Program-made: the position numbers and the translations under genes | Assembly: GCA_963774265.1 (NCBI GenBank) | Contig: CAVZDU010000003.1 | Span: 192,001-256,000, forward strand | Origin: an uncultured Chloroflexia bacterium | GTDB taxonomy: Bacteria > Chloroflexota > Anaerolineae > CG2-30-64-16 | Direction: 5' to 3' | Length of the DNA: 64,000 nucleotides | In this document: positions 11,831 through 20,839 of the stretch, piece after piece | How the letters are laid out: each line of letters starts with the position of its first letter | Position numbering within the stretch: the stretch's first letter is position 1 | The notes under the pieces: model-generated | Seen by the model: only the letters and a program-made list of their open reading frames with translations | The model's database searches: none | What the model was told of the DNA's origin: nothing

Positions 11831-13060
11831 CTAGGCATCGGTTTCAACCGATGCCGCCTCAACCGGTGGTGGCGCCATCTCTACAAGCCGCCCCGGCAAA
11901 GCCGCCAAGGACACCAGGCTGCCCACCAACGCGGCCCCCAATAGGGCGACGAACACAACAGCCGGCAAGTTCCCCCCCATGGCAGTTGCATTCGGCGGCC
12001 GGCTGCTCACCCCGAGACCCAGCCACGCGACGGTCACCGCACCGCCGTTCCATATCCCGTGCAAAAGAATCGAGACACCAAAAAGCGCGAGCGCCTTGCC
12101 CCAGCGCCTCTGCACCAGGCCGGTCTGCCACCCCAGCCCAGCCAGCGCGGAGGCCAGCACGTGGATCACCGCGACCCCGCTGCGAGCGGCCATCGCAATT
12201 GCCCAGCCCGATGGCTGAATCAGCGCCATCGCGCCGTTAGTGATGCCCTCGATCAGGGTGAATCCGGCGCCCGCGGCCGCGCCCAGCAAAAACGCGTCCA
12301 GTCGGGTCAGCGTGCGGCCCGACGCGTATACCAGGGGGACGGCCAGCGACTTGACGAATTCCTCGATCGCTGGGATGAGGACGGCCACCAGGAGCAGCCC
12401 GCCGGCCAGGACCACTGGCGATTTGAGGAGCGGCGCCAGGGCATCGAGCGTTTCCCCTCCGGCGCCGCCCGCGCCCTGGAAAACCCGGGCCGCGTCCTCG
12501 ACCCAGGTCGGGTTGATCGCATTGAGGACGAGAATGGCGGCAATCACGATCCCGGCCACCAGAATGACCTCGATGATCCCGGCCAGCCCCACGCCGCCCA
12601 ACGCGCCCCACGCCAGGCTCCCTACCCCGGCGCGGCGGCTGATCGCCCATCCCCGCCGTCGAGCGGCCCCTACGGGGATGGCGAGCATCAGCAGGCTGGC
12701 CAGGATGGCGGTGAGGATGTGGCTGAGCGCGACCGCCGGTTCGGCGCCGAGGTTAAACAGGGCTTGCCCGCCCGCCAGGACCACGACCAGCGCCAGGAGA
12801 AGCCAGCCCCACGCGGGCAGGCGGAAGGGCGCGGCGGGCCTGTCCGCCAGGCCGCGACCAGCGTGCCACGCCGCCAGCAGACCCAGCGCCGGCGCGACGC
12901 TGGCCAGCGACAGAGCCAGGACGCCCAGCATCAAGCCCTGACCATTCAGCACGCCGCGGCCCAGGATCATGAGCGCGGCCAGGACCACAGCCATGATCAG
13001 CGAGCCGGCCGCCGCGACGATGCCGCCGATCAAGGTCAGGCTAAGCAGTGTACGTCTCAT
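11831..13060 (-). CDS. PrsW family intramembrane glutamic protease
   Basis: Multi-TM protein with PAIEEFVK, GAGFTLIE and LLHGIWN motifs. Confidence 0.8.
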   Translation of the reverse strand: MRRTLLSLTLIGGIVAAAGSLIMAVVLAALMILGRGVLNGQGLMLGVLALSLASVAPALGLLAAWHAGRGLADRPAAPFRLPAWGWLLLALVVVLAGGQALFNLGAEPAVALSHILTAILASLLMLAIPVGAARRRGWAISRRAGVGSLAWGALGGVGLAGIIEVILVAGIVIAAILVLNAINPTWVEDAARVFQGAGGAGGETLDALAPLLKSPVVLAGGLLLVAVLIPAIEEFVKSLAVPLVYASGRTLTRLDAFLLGAAAGAGFTLIEGITNGAMALIQPSGWAIAMAARSGVAVIHVLASALAGLGWQTGLVQRRWGKALALFGVSILLHGIWNGGAVTVAWLGLGVSSRPPNATAMGGNLPAVVFVALLGAALVGSLVSLAALPGRLVEMAPPPVEAASVETDA

Positions 13061-13080
13061 CCGTTGATCCGTTTCGCGCC

Positions 13081-15570
13081 TCATCCCTTGCGTCCCCCCA
13101 GCAGGGTGCTCAGAATCACGCGGCCGGCCCCTTTGTCCAGGGGCTGGTTAAAGTTGCCACACTTAGGGCTTTGCACGCAACTCGGGCACCCTCCACTGCA
13201 CGGACAGGCCGTGATCACGTCCAGCGTCGCGCGCCACAGCTCGGGCAGCAGGTCGAATCCCTTCTCTGCGATGCCTACGCCGCCGGGGAACCCATCGTAG
13301 ATGAAGATCTGCGCAGTGTCGGTGTCCGGGTGACGGGGCGTGGAGAGCCCGCCGATGTCCCACCGGTCGCACATTGCGAACAGCGGCAGGATGCCGATTG
13401 CGGCGTGCTCGACCGCGTGGATGCCGCCCAGGAAGTCCATGCCCCGCGCTGCAAGCTGCGCGGGCAGCTCGGGGGACAGGTCCCACCACATCGCCACGGT
13501 CTCGTACTCGGTCATGGGCATGTCCAGCGGCTCCTCACCCAGCACAGTCTCGCTGAAATGCTGGATGCGGCGGTAACCGATCACCCGCGAACGCACCCGC
13601 ACCCGGCCCAGGTAGGCGAGGCCGGCCGGCGTCTCCCGGTGCTTGAGCGAGCGGACGATCCGCACGTCGTTAAGCTCACGAGCCTGGGTGTAATAGTCGA
13701 CCGGCGTCTGCTGCACGACCGCGTGGCGCAGGTCGTAGTTGAACTCGGTCACCAGGTACGAATCTCCCTGGTGCAGGTAGACCGCGCCAGGGTGGACGCG
13801 CTGCGGCGCGGTGGTGGCGCTCAGCTCCTCGATCATCTTGTAGGTGTTGTCCGCATCGAGCACTGCGAAGCGGTCGCCCTCCGCGTCTCGTAAATTGACA
13901 TCCTGCGCCGGGTAGTCGCCCGCGGTGTAGACCCACTTCTCACCGGTGTAGCGGAGCGTCTCGCTCTGTTCAAGTTGCACCATGGCGTCGACAAAGCCGG
14001 AGCCGAACAGCGCCTCGTCGTCCTGCCCGCCTTCGTCTGCGCGCAGCGGCGATTCGTGCGCGGCGCACGGCAGATGGCGCTGAAGGATATAGACGTTGTC
14101 AGGGTCAAGCAGCGCGTTCTCGCTCGGCTTGCCCAGCAGGACATCCGGGTGGCGCATGTAATACTGGTCCAGCGGGTTGTCCAGGGCGATGAGCATCGAG
14201 AGCGCCGCATCGGAGCCGCGTCCTGCGCGGCCCGCTTGCTGCCACATCGACGCGATCGTGCCCGGATATCCGACCAGCAGCGACGCATCCAGCCCGCCCA
14301 CGTCGATGCCCAGCTCCAACGCGGTCGTCGCGGTCACCCCCACCAGCCGGCCCCCGAACAGTTCGCGTTCGATACGCCGGCGGTCCTCCGCCATGTAGCC
14401 GGCACGATACGCCGCGATCCGCTCGGCCAGTTCGGGCCGCGTCTTGCTGAGTTGCTGCCGCGAATAGCGCAGGAGCAGCTCCGCGACCACGCGCGCTCGG
14501 GCGAAGGCGATCGTGCGCACTCCGCCGGAGACCAACTGCGTGAAGAGGTCCGCGGCCTCGTGGTTGGCGCTGCGCCGGCTGGTGCGCGCCTTGTCGATGA
14601 ACGGAGGGTTCCACAGTGCGAAGGTGCGGGGGCCGTGCGGCGATCCGTCGTCCGTGACCACCGTGACCGGCAGTCCCGTGAGCAGGGTGAAATGCTCGCC
14701 CGGGTTGGCGATCGTCGCGGAGGTCGCGATGAACTGGGGCGACACCGCAACGGATGCGCCTCCGGCGCGAAGCGGGTCGACGGATTCATGGCGACTTTCC
14801 ATGGACGATCTGTTGATCCGTTCAGCCCGAAGGGCATCCGTTGCGGCGAACTTTCTTCGCGTGCCCGTGGACCTCAGGATCGATGCGCGCGTGCGACGGG
14901 ATGGGTCCCCGTTCTGGTAGATGGCGCAAACGCGGCGCAAGCGGCGGAGCACGCACGCGACCTGCGAGCCGAAGACCCCCCGGTAGGTGTGCGCCTCGTC
15001 GATGACGACATAACGGAGGTGGCGGAAGAATTCGGCCCACAGCGGGTGGTTGGGGAGGATGCCCGCGTGGAGCATGTCGGGGTTGGTCAGCAGCACGCGT
15101 GCGTTCTTGCGGAGTCGCGGCCGGGCGCCTTGGGGCGTGTCGCCATCGTACGTTGCGGCCAGCGGATTGACGATCCCCTCGCCCGCGGCCTTGATCAGGA
15201 CGTGCCACTTGCCGAGCTGGTCCTGGGCCAGCGCCTTGGTGGGGTAGAGGTAGAGCGCTCGGGCGAGGGGATCGCGCGCCAGCGCCTCCAGCACGGGCAC
15301 GTTGAAGGCCAGCGTCTTGCCCGAAGCGGTCGATGTGGCAACCACTACGTTTTGGCCGGCCAGCACGAGGTTGATCGCCTCAGCCTGGTGCGTGTAGAGG
15401 CGGTCCGAGCCGGTGGCCCCGAGCGCGCGTTGAACCGGCGGGCTCAGTCGTCCGTGCAGATCTGCGTAGCGCGGCGAGCGCGCCGGAAAGGTCTGCGCGT
15501 GGACGATCTGCCCCGCGTAGCCTTTGGTGTGCCGCAGCGTGTTGAGAAAGGCGATCGGGTCGAATGGCAT
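13081..15570 (-). CDS. DEAH-box helicase with C-terminal DUF1998 (MrfA/YprA/Hrq1 family)
   Basis: TASGKT, PTKALAQDQ, DEAH, SAT, QQAGRAGR, HAVEH, YDGFPGGVG and the Zn motif CPCSGGCPSC. Confidence 0.92.
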   Translation of the reverse strand: MPFDPIAFLNTLRHTKGYAGQIVHAQTFPARSPRYADLHGRLSPPVQRALGATGSDRLYTHQAEAINLVLAGQNVVVATSTASGKTLAFNVPVLEALARDPLARALYLYPTKALAQDQLGKWHVLIKAAGEGIVNPLAATYDGDTPQGARPRLRKNARVLLTNPDMLHAGILPNHPLWAEFFRHLRYVVIDEAHTYRGVFGSQVACVLRRLRRVCAIYQNGDPSRRTRASILRSTGTRRKFAATDALRAERINRSSMESRHESVDPLRAGGASVAVSPQFIATSATIANPGEHFTLLTGLPVTVVTDDGSPHGPRTFALWNPPFIDKARTSRRSANHEAADLFTQLVSGGVRTIAFARARVVAELLLRYSRQQLSKTRPELAERIAAYRAGYMAEDRRRIERELFGGRLVGVTATTALELGIDVGGLDASLLVGYPGTIASMWQQAGRAGRGSDAALSMLIALDNPLDQYYMRHPDVLLGKPSENALLDPDNVYILQRHLPCAAHESPLRADEGGQDDEALFGSGFVDAMVQLEQSETLRYTGEKWVYTAGDYPAQDVNLRDAEGDRFAVLDADNTYKMIEELSATTAPQRVHPGAVYLHQGDSYLVTEFNYDLRHAVVQQTPVDYYTQARELNDVRIVRSLKHRETPAGLAYLGRVRVRSRVIGYRRIQHFSETVLGEEPLDMPMTEYETVAMWWDLSPELPAQLAARGMDFLGGIHAVEHAAIGILPLFAMCDRWDIGGLSTPRHPDTDTAQIFIYDGFPGGVGIAEKGFDLLPELWRATLDVITACPCSGGCPSCVQSPKCGNFNQPLDKGAGRVILSTLLGGRKG
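14745..14846. repeat. 102-bp imperfect palindrome inserted in frame in the helicase
   Basis: 13-bp perfect terminal inverted repeats CCGCAACGGATGC (14745-14757) and GCATCCGTTGCGG (14834-14846); the inner arms also pair imperfectly. Confidence 0.8.
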
Positions 15571-15653
15571 GATAGGCCGTATGAATAGTTCAGGGGTATT
15601 ATATCACGACGCGCAGGATGTCCGCGCCGGGTTCGGGCGCAGGTCTGCGCCCG

Positions 15654-15662
15654 TGCTATAAT
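15654..15662 (+). promoter_or_regulatory. Extended -10 element for the first AspT/YidE gene
   Basis: TGCTATAAT about 40 bp upstream of the ATG; an identical element precedes the paralog (20781-20789). Confidence 0.55.
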
Positions 15663-15700
15663 CGTGCCCTATCTGCCCATCGAGTAGATCGAGGTCAACC

Positions 15701-17320
15701 ATGAGTTCGCTTCCGACTGTGCAAATGCTGGTTGTCTTCGCCATCCTCGCCCTCGGTTCGTGGCTCGGCAGCCTCTCGTGGCGCGGCGTGTCCCTCGGCA
15801 ACTCCGCAGTCTTCTTCGTTGGCCTGGCGTTCGGCCATTTCGGGATGACCATCCCGAAGCCCGTGATGGATCTGGGCCTCCTGCTCTTCGTCTATGCGGT
15901 CGGACTGCAGGCCGGGCCGCGCTTCTTCCGCACGTTTCGGAGGCAGGGCCGTCAGTTTGTAAGTGTGGCCGCAGTCGCACTGGTGGTTGCGGGGATTGTC
16001 ACCCTCCTGCTCACGCGGCTGCTGAACCTGCCCTACGCCCTGGCTGCCGGGTTGTTCACCGGCGCGTTGACAAGTACGCCCTCGCTGGCCAGCGCGGTTG
16101 ACGCCGTCAGCCGGCTGGACCCGAGCCAGGCCGCTACGGTCTCGGTCGGTTACGGCATTGCGTTTCCGGTCAGCCTTGTGGGCGTGTCCCTCCTGATTCA
16201 GTTCCTGCCGAAGCTGCTGCGGCAGACGATCAGGCAGGCTGATGAGCTCTGGCTGTCGAGCCAGGCCGGCGAGCAGCCTCAACTGGCGAAGAAGCAGTTC
16301 AAGGTGGCGAACGTCAACCTGGACGGGAAGCGACTCGGTGATCTGGAGACGCACCGAGTGAGCCAGGTGAACGTCTCTCGCGTGCTGCAGAAGGGGCAGG
16401 TGGTCGCCGGCACGCCGGACGTAGTGCTCCACATGGGCGACGTTGTGCTGGCAGTGGGCGCGCCGGTGGAGCTGGAGAAGCTGCGGCTGCTCATCGGCGA
16501 AGAGGTGCAGGTCCCCATGCAGGTAAGCGGTCACGCCTCGAGCCGGGAGTTGCAAGTGACGGAGGCCAAGCTGGCCGGCAAGCGCCTGATGGACCTGCAC
16601 GTGTGGGACAGGTACGGGGTGATCATCACGCGCATCCGTCGCGCAGGCGTCGAAATCACCCCGGTGGGCGCCAGCACGCTGGAACTCGGAGATACCCTGC
16701 GCGTCGTGGGCGACGAGCCCGCGCTCGTCCAGTTCAGCCAGCTGGTCGGCCGGGACACGCGCAAGATCGATGAGACCAACATGGTGCCGTTCCTCATCGG
16801 CATCTTCCTCGGCATCGGCGTAGGGCTGATCTCGATCCCGCTCGCCAACGGTATGTCGATCAAACTGGGCGCCGCGGGCGGCGCGCTGCTGGTGAGCTTG
16901 TTGCTGGGGCACTTTGGCCACATCGGTCCGTTCCGCATGTACGTTCCGGTTGCGGCGAGGAACATCTCGCGCGAGTTAGGGCTGATGCTCTTTCTGGGCG
17001 GAGCCGGCGCGAATGCCGGGACGCAGTTGGTGAAGGTGATCAGTGAGGGGAGCGGCGCCTTATTCCTGGCGGGCGCGGCGATCACGCTCACCGCGTTCGC
17101 GGCGACAGTCATCCTCACGCGCCTGGTCTTCCGCATGAACCTGCTGTCGGTCCTGGGCCTGACTGCTGGCGTGATGACCAATGCATCCAGCCTGGCCTCC
17201 GCGGTCAGGCAGTCGGGCACCGATGTGCCTGCGGTGACCTACGCATCGATCTACCCGGTGGTGCTGATCTTCAAGATCCTGTTGGCGCAGATCCTGGTGC
17301 AGGTATTGCGGTTGCTGTAG
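15701..17320 (+). CDS. AspT/YidE/YbjL family antiporter with two TrkA-C domains (copy 1)
   Basis: LGLLLFVYAVGLQAGPRFF, GALTSTPSL, central TrkA-C repeats, ELGLMLFL, TYASIYP. Confidence 0.9.
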   Translation: MSSLPTVQMLVVFAILALGSWLGSLSWRGVSLGNSAVFFVGLAFGHFGMTIPKPVMDLGLLLFVYAVGLQAGPRFFRTFRRQGRQFVSVAAVALVVAGIVTLLLTRLLNLPYALAAGLFTGALTSTPSLASAVDAVSRLDPSQAATVSVGYGIAFPVSLVGVSLLIQFLPKLLRQTIRQADELWLSSQAGEQPQLAKKQFKVANVNLDGKRLGDLETHRVSQVNVSRVLQKGQVVAGTPDVVLHMGDVVLAVGAPVELEKLRLLIGEEVQVPMQVSGHASSRELQVTEAKLAGKRLMDLHVWDRYGVIITRIRRAGVEITPVGASTLELGDTLRVVGDEPALVQFSQLVGRDTRKIDETNMVPFLIGIFLGIGVGLISIPLANGMSIKLGAAGGALLVSLLLGHFGHIGPFRMYVPVAARNISRELGLMLFLGGAGANAGTQLVKVISEGSGALFLAGAAITLTAFAATVILTRLVFRMNLLSVLGLTAGVMTNASSLASAVRQSGTDVPAVTYASIYPVVLIFKILLAQILVQVLRLL

Positions 17321-17377
17321 GCGCGGTTCGGTGCCGCCCGTACGTTCGAAAATAGCATATATCATTAATTTGGGGGC

Positions 17378-17406
17378 TTGTATTTTAGAAAAAAATAGTC
17401 TATAAT
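17378..17406 (+). promoter_or_regulatory. Sigma70-type promoter for the LysM gene
   Basis: TTGTAT-17 bp-TATAAT in an AT-rich intergenic region, with a GGAGG RBS downstream. Confidence 0.65.
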
Positions 17407-17461
17407 TGCACAGATCATATATTCGGCAGGCCTTTCTAGTTTATGGAGGGGGTGTATCACT

Positions 17462-18178
17462 ATGAAATCGCCGCGTTACGTCGTTGTCTTGAAGTTGACA
17501 GTCGTCCTGCTTCTGCTCGGCGCCATATTGGCGCCGGCCGCATCTGCCGCAGGGGCGGCGGGGACAGGATGTCCTCCTGTCTACTACCGGATCCAGCGAG
17601 GTGACATTCTCGCACGCATCGCTTCGCGCTACGGGGTGTCGATGTGGCAGTTGCAGGAGTGGAACGGGATCCGCAATATCGATCGGATCTATGCTGGCAA
17701 CGTGCTGACCATCTACCCGGCCAGATGCGCCAAGCCCGCGCCCAAACCCGCGCCCTGGCCCGCGCACAAGCCTGCGCCCGCGCCTGCACCGATGATTTCA
17801 CTCCCGTCTGCACCCGTGATCTGGCACCCCTCTGGGCCTGTGACCTGGCCCGGCGGGTGCTGCGCCACACCGCACGCCGAACCGCGCTCGATGATCACAT
17901 CACCCGGTCCGAACGCGCACGTCTGGGGCGCGGTGACGATCACAGGCAGCGCGACGCATGCCAATTTCGCGTATTACAAGCTGGAGGTTGGTGCGGGCTC
18001 CAACCCCAACACCTGGTCCTGGTTTGCGGGTGGTCAGTCGCAGGTCTCATACGGCACCCTGGGAGTGCTCAACACCGGGATCCTGCCGTGTGGTGGCACC
18101 TATACTATCCGCCTGGTCGTTGTCGACACGACCGGCAATTACCCGACGCCGAGCCAGGTGACGATCGTCGTCCGCTGA
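17462..18178 (+). CDS. Secreted LysM domain protein with Pro-rich linker and Ig-like C-terminus
   Basis: Signal peptide; YRIQRGDILARIASRYGVSMWQLQEWNGIRNIDRIYAGNVLTI LysM domain. Confidence 0.85.
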   Translation: MKSPRYVVVLKLTVVLLLLGAILAPAASAAGAAGTGCPPVYYRIQRGDILARIASRYGVSMWQLQEWNGIRNIDRIYAGNVLTIYPARCAKPAPKPAPWPAHKPAPAPAPMISLPSAPVIWHPSGPVTWPGGCCATPHAEPRSMITSPGPNAHVWGAVTITGSATHANFAYYKLEVGAGSNPNTWSWFAGGQSQVSYGTLGVLNTGILPCGGTYTIRLVVVDTTGNYPTPSQVTIVVR

Positions 18179-18238
18179 CGGGTACTCTATCACTATACGT
18201 ATACCACGAGTATAGTCGATAGCGTGGACTCATTACTA

Positions 18239-18290
18239 TCTACTCTCTCTCCTCTCACCCCCCTTTAGGGGTGAGAGGAGAGAGAGTAGA
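18239..18290. repeat. Perfect 23-bp inverted repeat between convergent genes
   Basis: TCTACTCTCTCTCCTCTCACCCC-CCTTTA-GGGGTGAGAGGAGAGAGAGTAGA. Confidence 0.9.
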
Positions 18291-18462
18291 GTAGAGACGC
18301 CCTGATAACACAACAACAGCGAATGCCGTTGGATGGCTTCCTCCCCGCGGAGCTGTTGACCCGGGCCGGGCTGCGATGGCGGCGACTTCGTCCTGCAGGG
18401 TGCGCTTCCGCTGCCCTTCTCGCCGCTGCCCGGCAAGCGGCAGTTTTTCCCCGGCTAGCCCG

Positions 18463-20601
18463 CTAGCCCGGTTGCCCCGGCTGGGCAGGCCCGATGCGAT
18501 ACGGCCGCATCATCTCGTTATCCTCGTGCTCGACGATGTGGCAGTGCCAGACAAACTGGCCGGGCTGCTTGAACTGCACGCGGACGCGGGTGACCTCGCC
18601 CGGATAGGCAATGACCGTATCCTTGTAGCCGTTCTCCCACGGCTCGGGCGCCCTTGGCGCTGACCCGGAAACCAGCTCCACCATCCTGTCCGCCTCGTTC
18701 ACAAAGATCGTCTGTCGGTCCACAACCTCAAAAAGCACCTCGTGGATGTGCATAGGATGGGCATCGGCGGTGGCGTTGTAAAGCTCCCACACCTCAATCG
18801 CGCCGACAGCAGGATTCTCGGTGATCGGATCCGCCCACATATGCATCATCCATGCACTAGGGTCGGCGGCCGGATTGCCCATGACCGTGCCTAGCATCGC
18901 CGCTGCTGGCGCATCCGCGAAGTACATCGACATCTCTTCGATCAGCGCCAGCCGTCGCACTACCCCGCCGGTCAGAGGCACGATTGGCGGAAGTTGCAGG
19001 AATTGCGGTGGCGTGGTCGGATCTGGGGCCACTGCCGCGACGACCCTGAACTGCAACACCTGCCCGGTGGTGTCCAGGTCGGACACCGGGAAGCCCACAC
19101 CTGGGACGCCCCCGCCGTAGGGCTCGTCCGGGCCGATATTGCCCAGGATATGGTTGCCTGGCAGCACATTGGTGAAATCCACGATGACGTCCGCGCGTTC
19201 GGCCGGGCTCATGAGCAGCTTGCCCCCATTGAGGGCGGTCATGTTGACGGGTGCGGCCAGAAAACCACCCTCGTTGCCGATCTGCCACACCTCCACGCCC
19301 GGGATGCTGCTGAAGTCCAGGATCAGGAAGCGCGCGTCGCAGCCATTGAGGAAGCGGAAGCGATACCGCCGCTGCTCGACGGTCTGAAACGGCCAGGTGT
19401 TGCCGTTGACCATGATCGTGTTGCCGAAGAATTCCGGGTTCCAGATTGGCGAGATATCGGTTTGTGGGATGTACGGCCCGTCGATACCGTCAAAGAAGGC
19501 GCGGCTGTCCGGGTAGAAGAGTGAACCGTCGGCGTTAAACGAACGGTCCTGCACCGCGATGGGGATCTCGTAGTACGTCTTGTTCGACGGGAATTTGTCC
19601 CCCTCCTTAGGTGCGGGACCGGGCAGCACGGCCGCGGCGCCGGTGCGGGTGTCGAGAACCGCACCATCGCCTGCAGGACCGCCGCGGATCAAAAAGAACC
19701 CGGCGGGACCGGCATAGACATTGACGCGCGTCATGCCCAAGGTGTGGTCGTGATACCAGACAGTCGAGGCGCGCTGGCTGTTCGGGTATTGGAACACTGC
19801 AGTGCCCGGTGCCCACGCCGACTCGCCAGGCGCCACATAACCCTTTGAAGTCGCCTTGCCCTTGAAGAAATCGTACCAGGTCCCCTCGGGGGCATAGCCC
19901 GCCGGGATATTGTTGGCGGCCGGCAGGTACCACGCCTCGGCGTATCCATCGCTCTCGTCGCCGACACCGGCTGCACCATGGACATGCGTCACCATCGGGA
20001 CGGGACCGGTGTAAGGGCCGGGCGTAGAGGCAAATTCCGGTCGTGTGTCACGATCTGCGACGCCTCCCGGCGGGTTGGCCCAGTGCAGGGTCGGATCCAC
20101 CGGCAGCAGGTGGTAAAGAAAGTTGCCGCTGGAGTCAACCAGTTCGTTGATCCATTTGACGCGCACCGGCGTATTCCACTTTGCTTCGATGGTGAGCGAC
20201 GGTGCATTGTGCACCAGCAGCCCCTTCTTGCTGGCCGCCCTGACCGCGCCGTACCCCCAAACGGTCGTCACCGGCATTCCCTGGGGAAGAATCTGCTGAT
20301 CAAATTGCCTGACCGAAATCTCATAGTAGTCGACGTTCTTGCCGCCCCTCTGCTTGATCGTGCCGGCCTTCGGCATGACCGGTGGGATCAGGAGCGGCGT
20401 CATGAATTTCGGGATGTCTAGGGGTACCAGCGAGCCGCCCGGGATCTGGGCCAGGGCGCGTTTGGAGGCGCGGCGGGCCCGCCGCCGCACTTGCCCCGCT
20501 GCCGGGCCGGCGAGTGCACGTTCGAGGTCAATCCTGCCGACCAGGAACAAGCCTGCGCCGGCGGCCAGGGAGTACTTGATAAAGTTTCGTCTGCTCGTCA
20601 T
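18463..20601 (-). CDS. Tat-exported multicopper oxidase (CotA/bilirubin oxidase-like)
   Basis: SRRNFIK Tat motif; Cu ligands THVHG, WYHDH, HPMHIH and HCHIVEHEDNEMM. Start placed at the ATG 20601 behind a GGAGG RBS. Confidence 0.92.
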   Translation of the reverse strand: MTSRRNFIKYSLAAGAGLFLVGRIDLERALAGPAAGQVRRRARRASKRALAQIPGGSLVPLDIPKFMTPLLIPPVMPKAGTIKQRGGKNVDYYEISVRQFDQQILPQGMPVTTVWGYGAVRAASKKGLLVHNAPSLTIEAKWNTPVRVKWINELVDSSGNFLYHLLPVDPTLHWANPPGGVADRDTRPEFASTPGPYTGPVPMVTHVHGAAGVGDESDGYAEAWYLPAANNIPAGYAPEGTWYDFFKGKATSKGYVAPGESAWAPGTAVFQYPNSQRASTVWYHDHTLGMTRVNVYAGPAGFFLIRGGPAGDGAVLDTRTGAAAVLPGPAPKEGDKFPSNKTYYEIPIAVQDRSFNADGSLFYPDSRAFFDGIDGPYIPQTDISPIWNPEFFGNTIMVNGNTWPFQTVEQRRYRFRFLNGCDARFLILDFSSIPGVEVWQIGNEGGFLAAPVNMTALNGGKLLMSPAERADVIVDFTNVLPGNHILGNIGPDEPYGGGVPGVGFPVSDLDTTGQVLQFRVVAAVAPDPTTPPQFLQLPPIVPLTGGVVRRLALIEEMSMYFADAPAAAMLGTVMGNPAADPSAWMMHMWADPITENPAVGAIEVWELYNATADAHPMHIHEVLFEVVDRQTIFVNEADRMVELVSGSAPRAPEPWENGYKDTVIAYPGEVTRVRVQFKQPGQFVWHCHIVEHEDNEMMRPYRIGPAQPGQPG

Positions 20602-20839
20602 GGTGGGTCCTCCATCTTCGGGTCGGCGAATCAATCTGACAATAGTACAACTTACATAGTACAAATATCTAACAAGTGACAACGTAATATTGACTACAAT
20701 AGATTCCCTTGAGAAAGTTGTGCAAGTAATGCACAATTGGACCGCGGCCGGGTCTTTGTAGTGCTGGTTCACACGCCCCATGCTATAATTCAATCTGTCC
20801 TGTAGACCCATTGAATTTGTGTTTCACACAGAGGCAGAT

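Noticed and set aside
13081-15570. DISARM drmAB or another defence helicase
   Set aside because: It is a single-chain MrfA/YprA-type protein with no methylase or other defence genes nearby.
15575-15600. LexA box upstream of the DUF1998 helicase (TGAATAGTTCA)
   Set aside because: The spacing does not fit GAAC-N4-GTTC.
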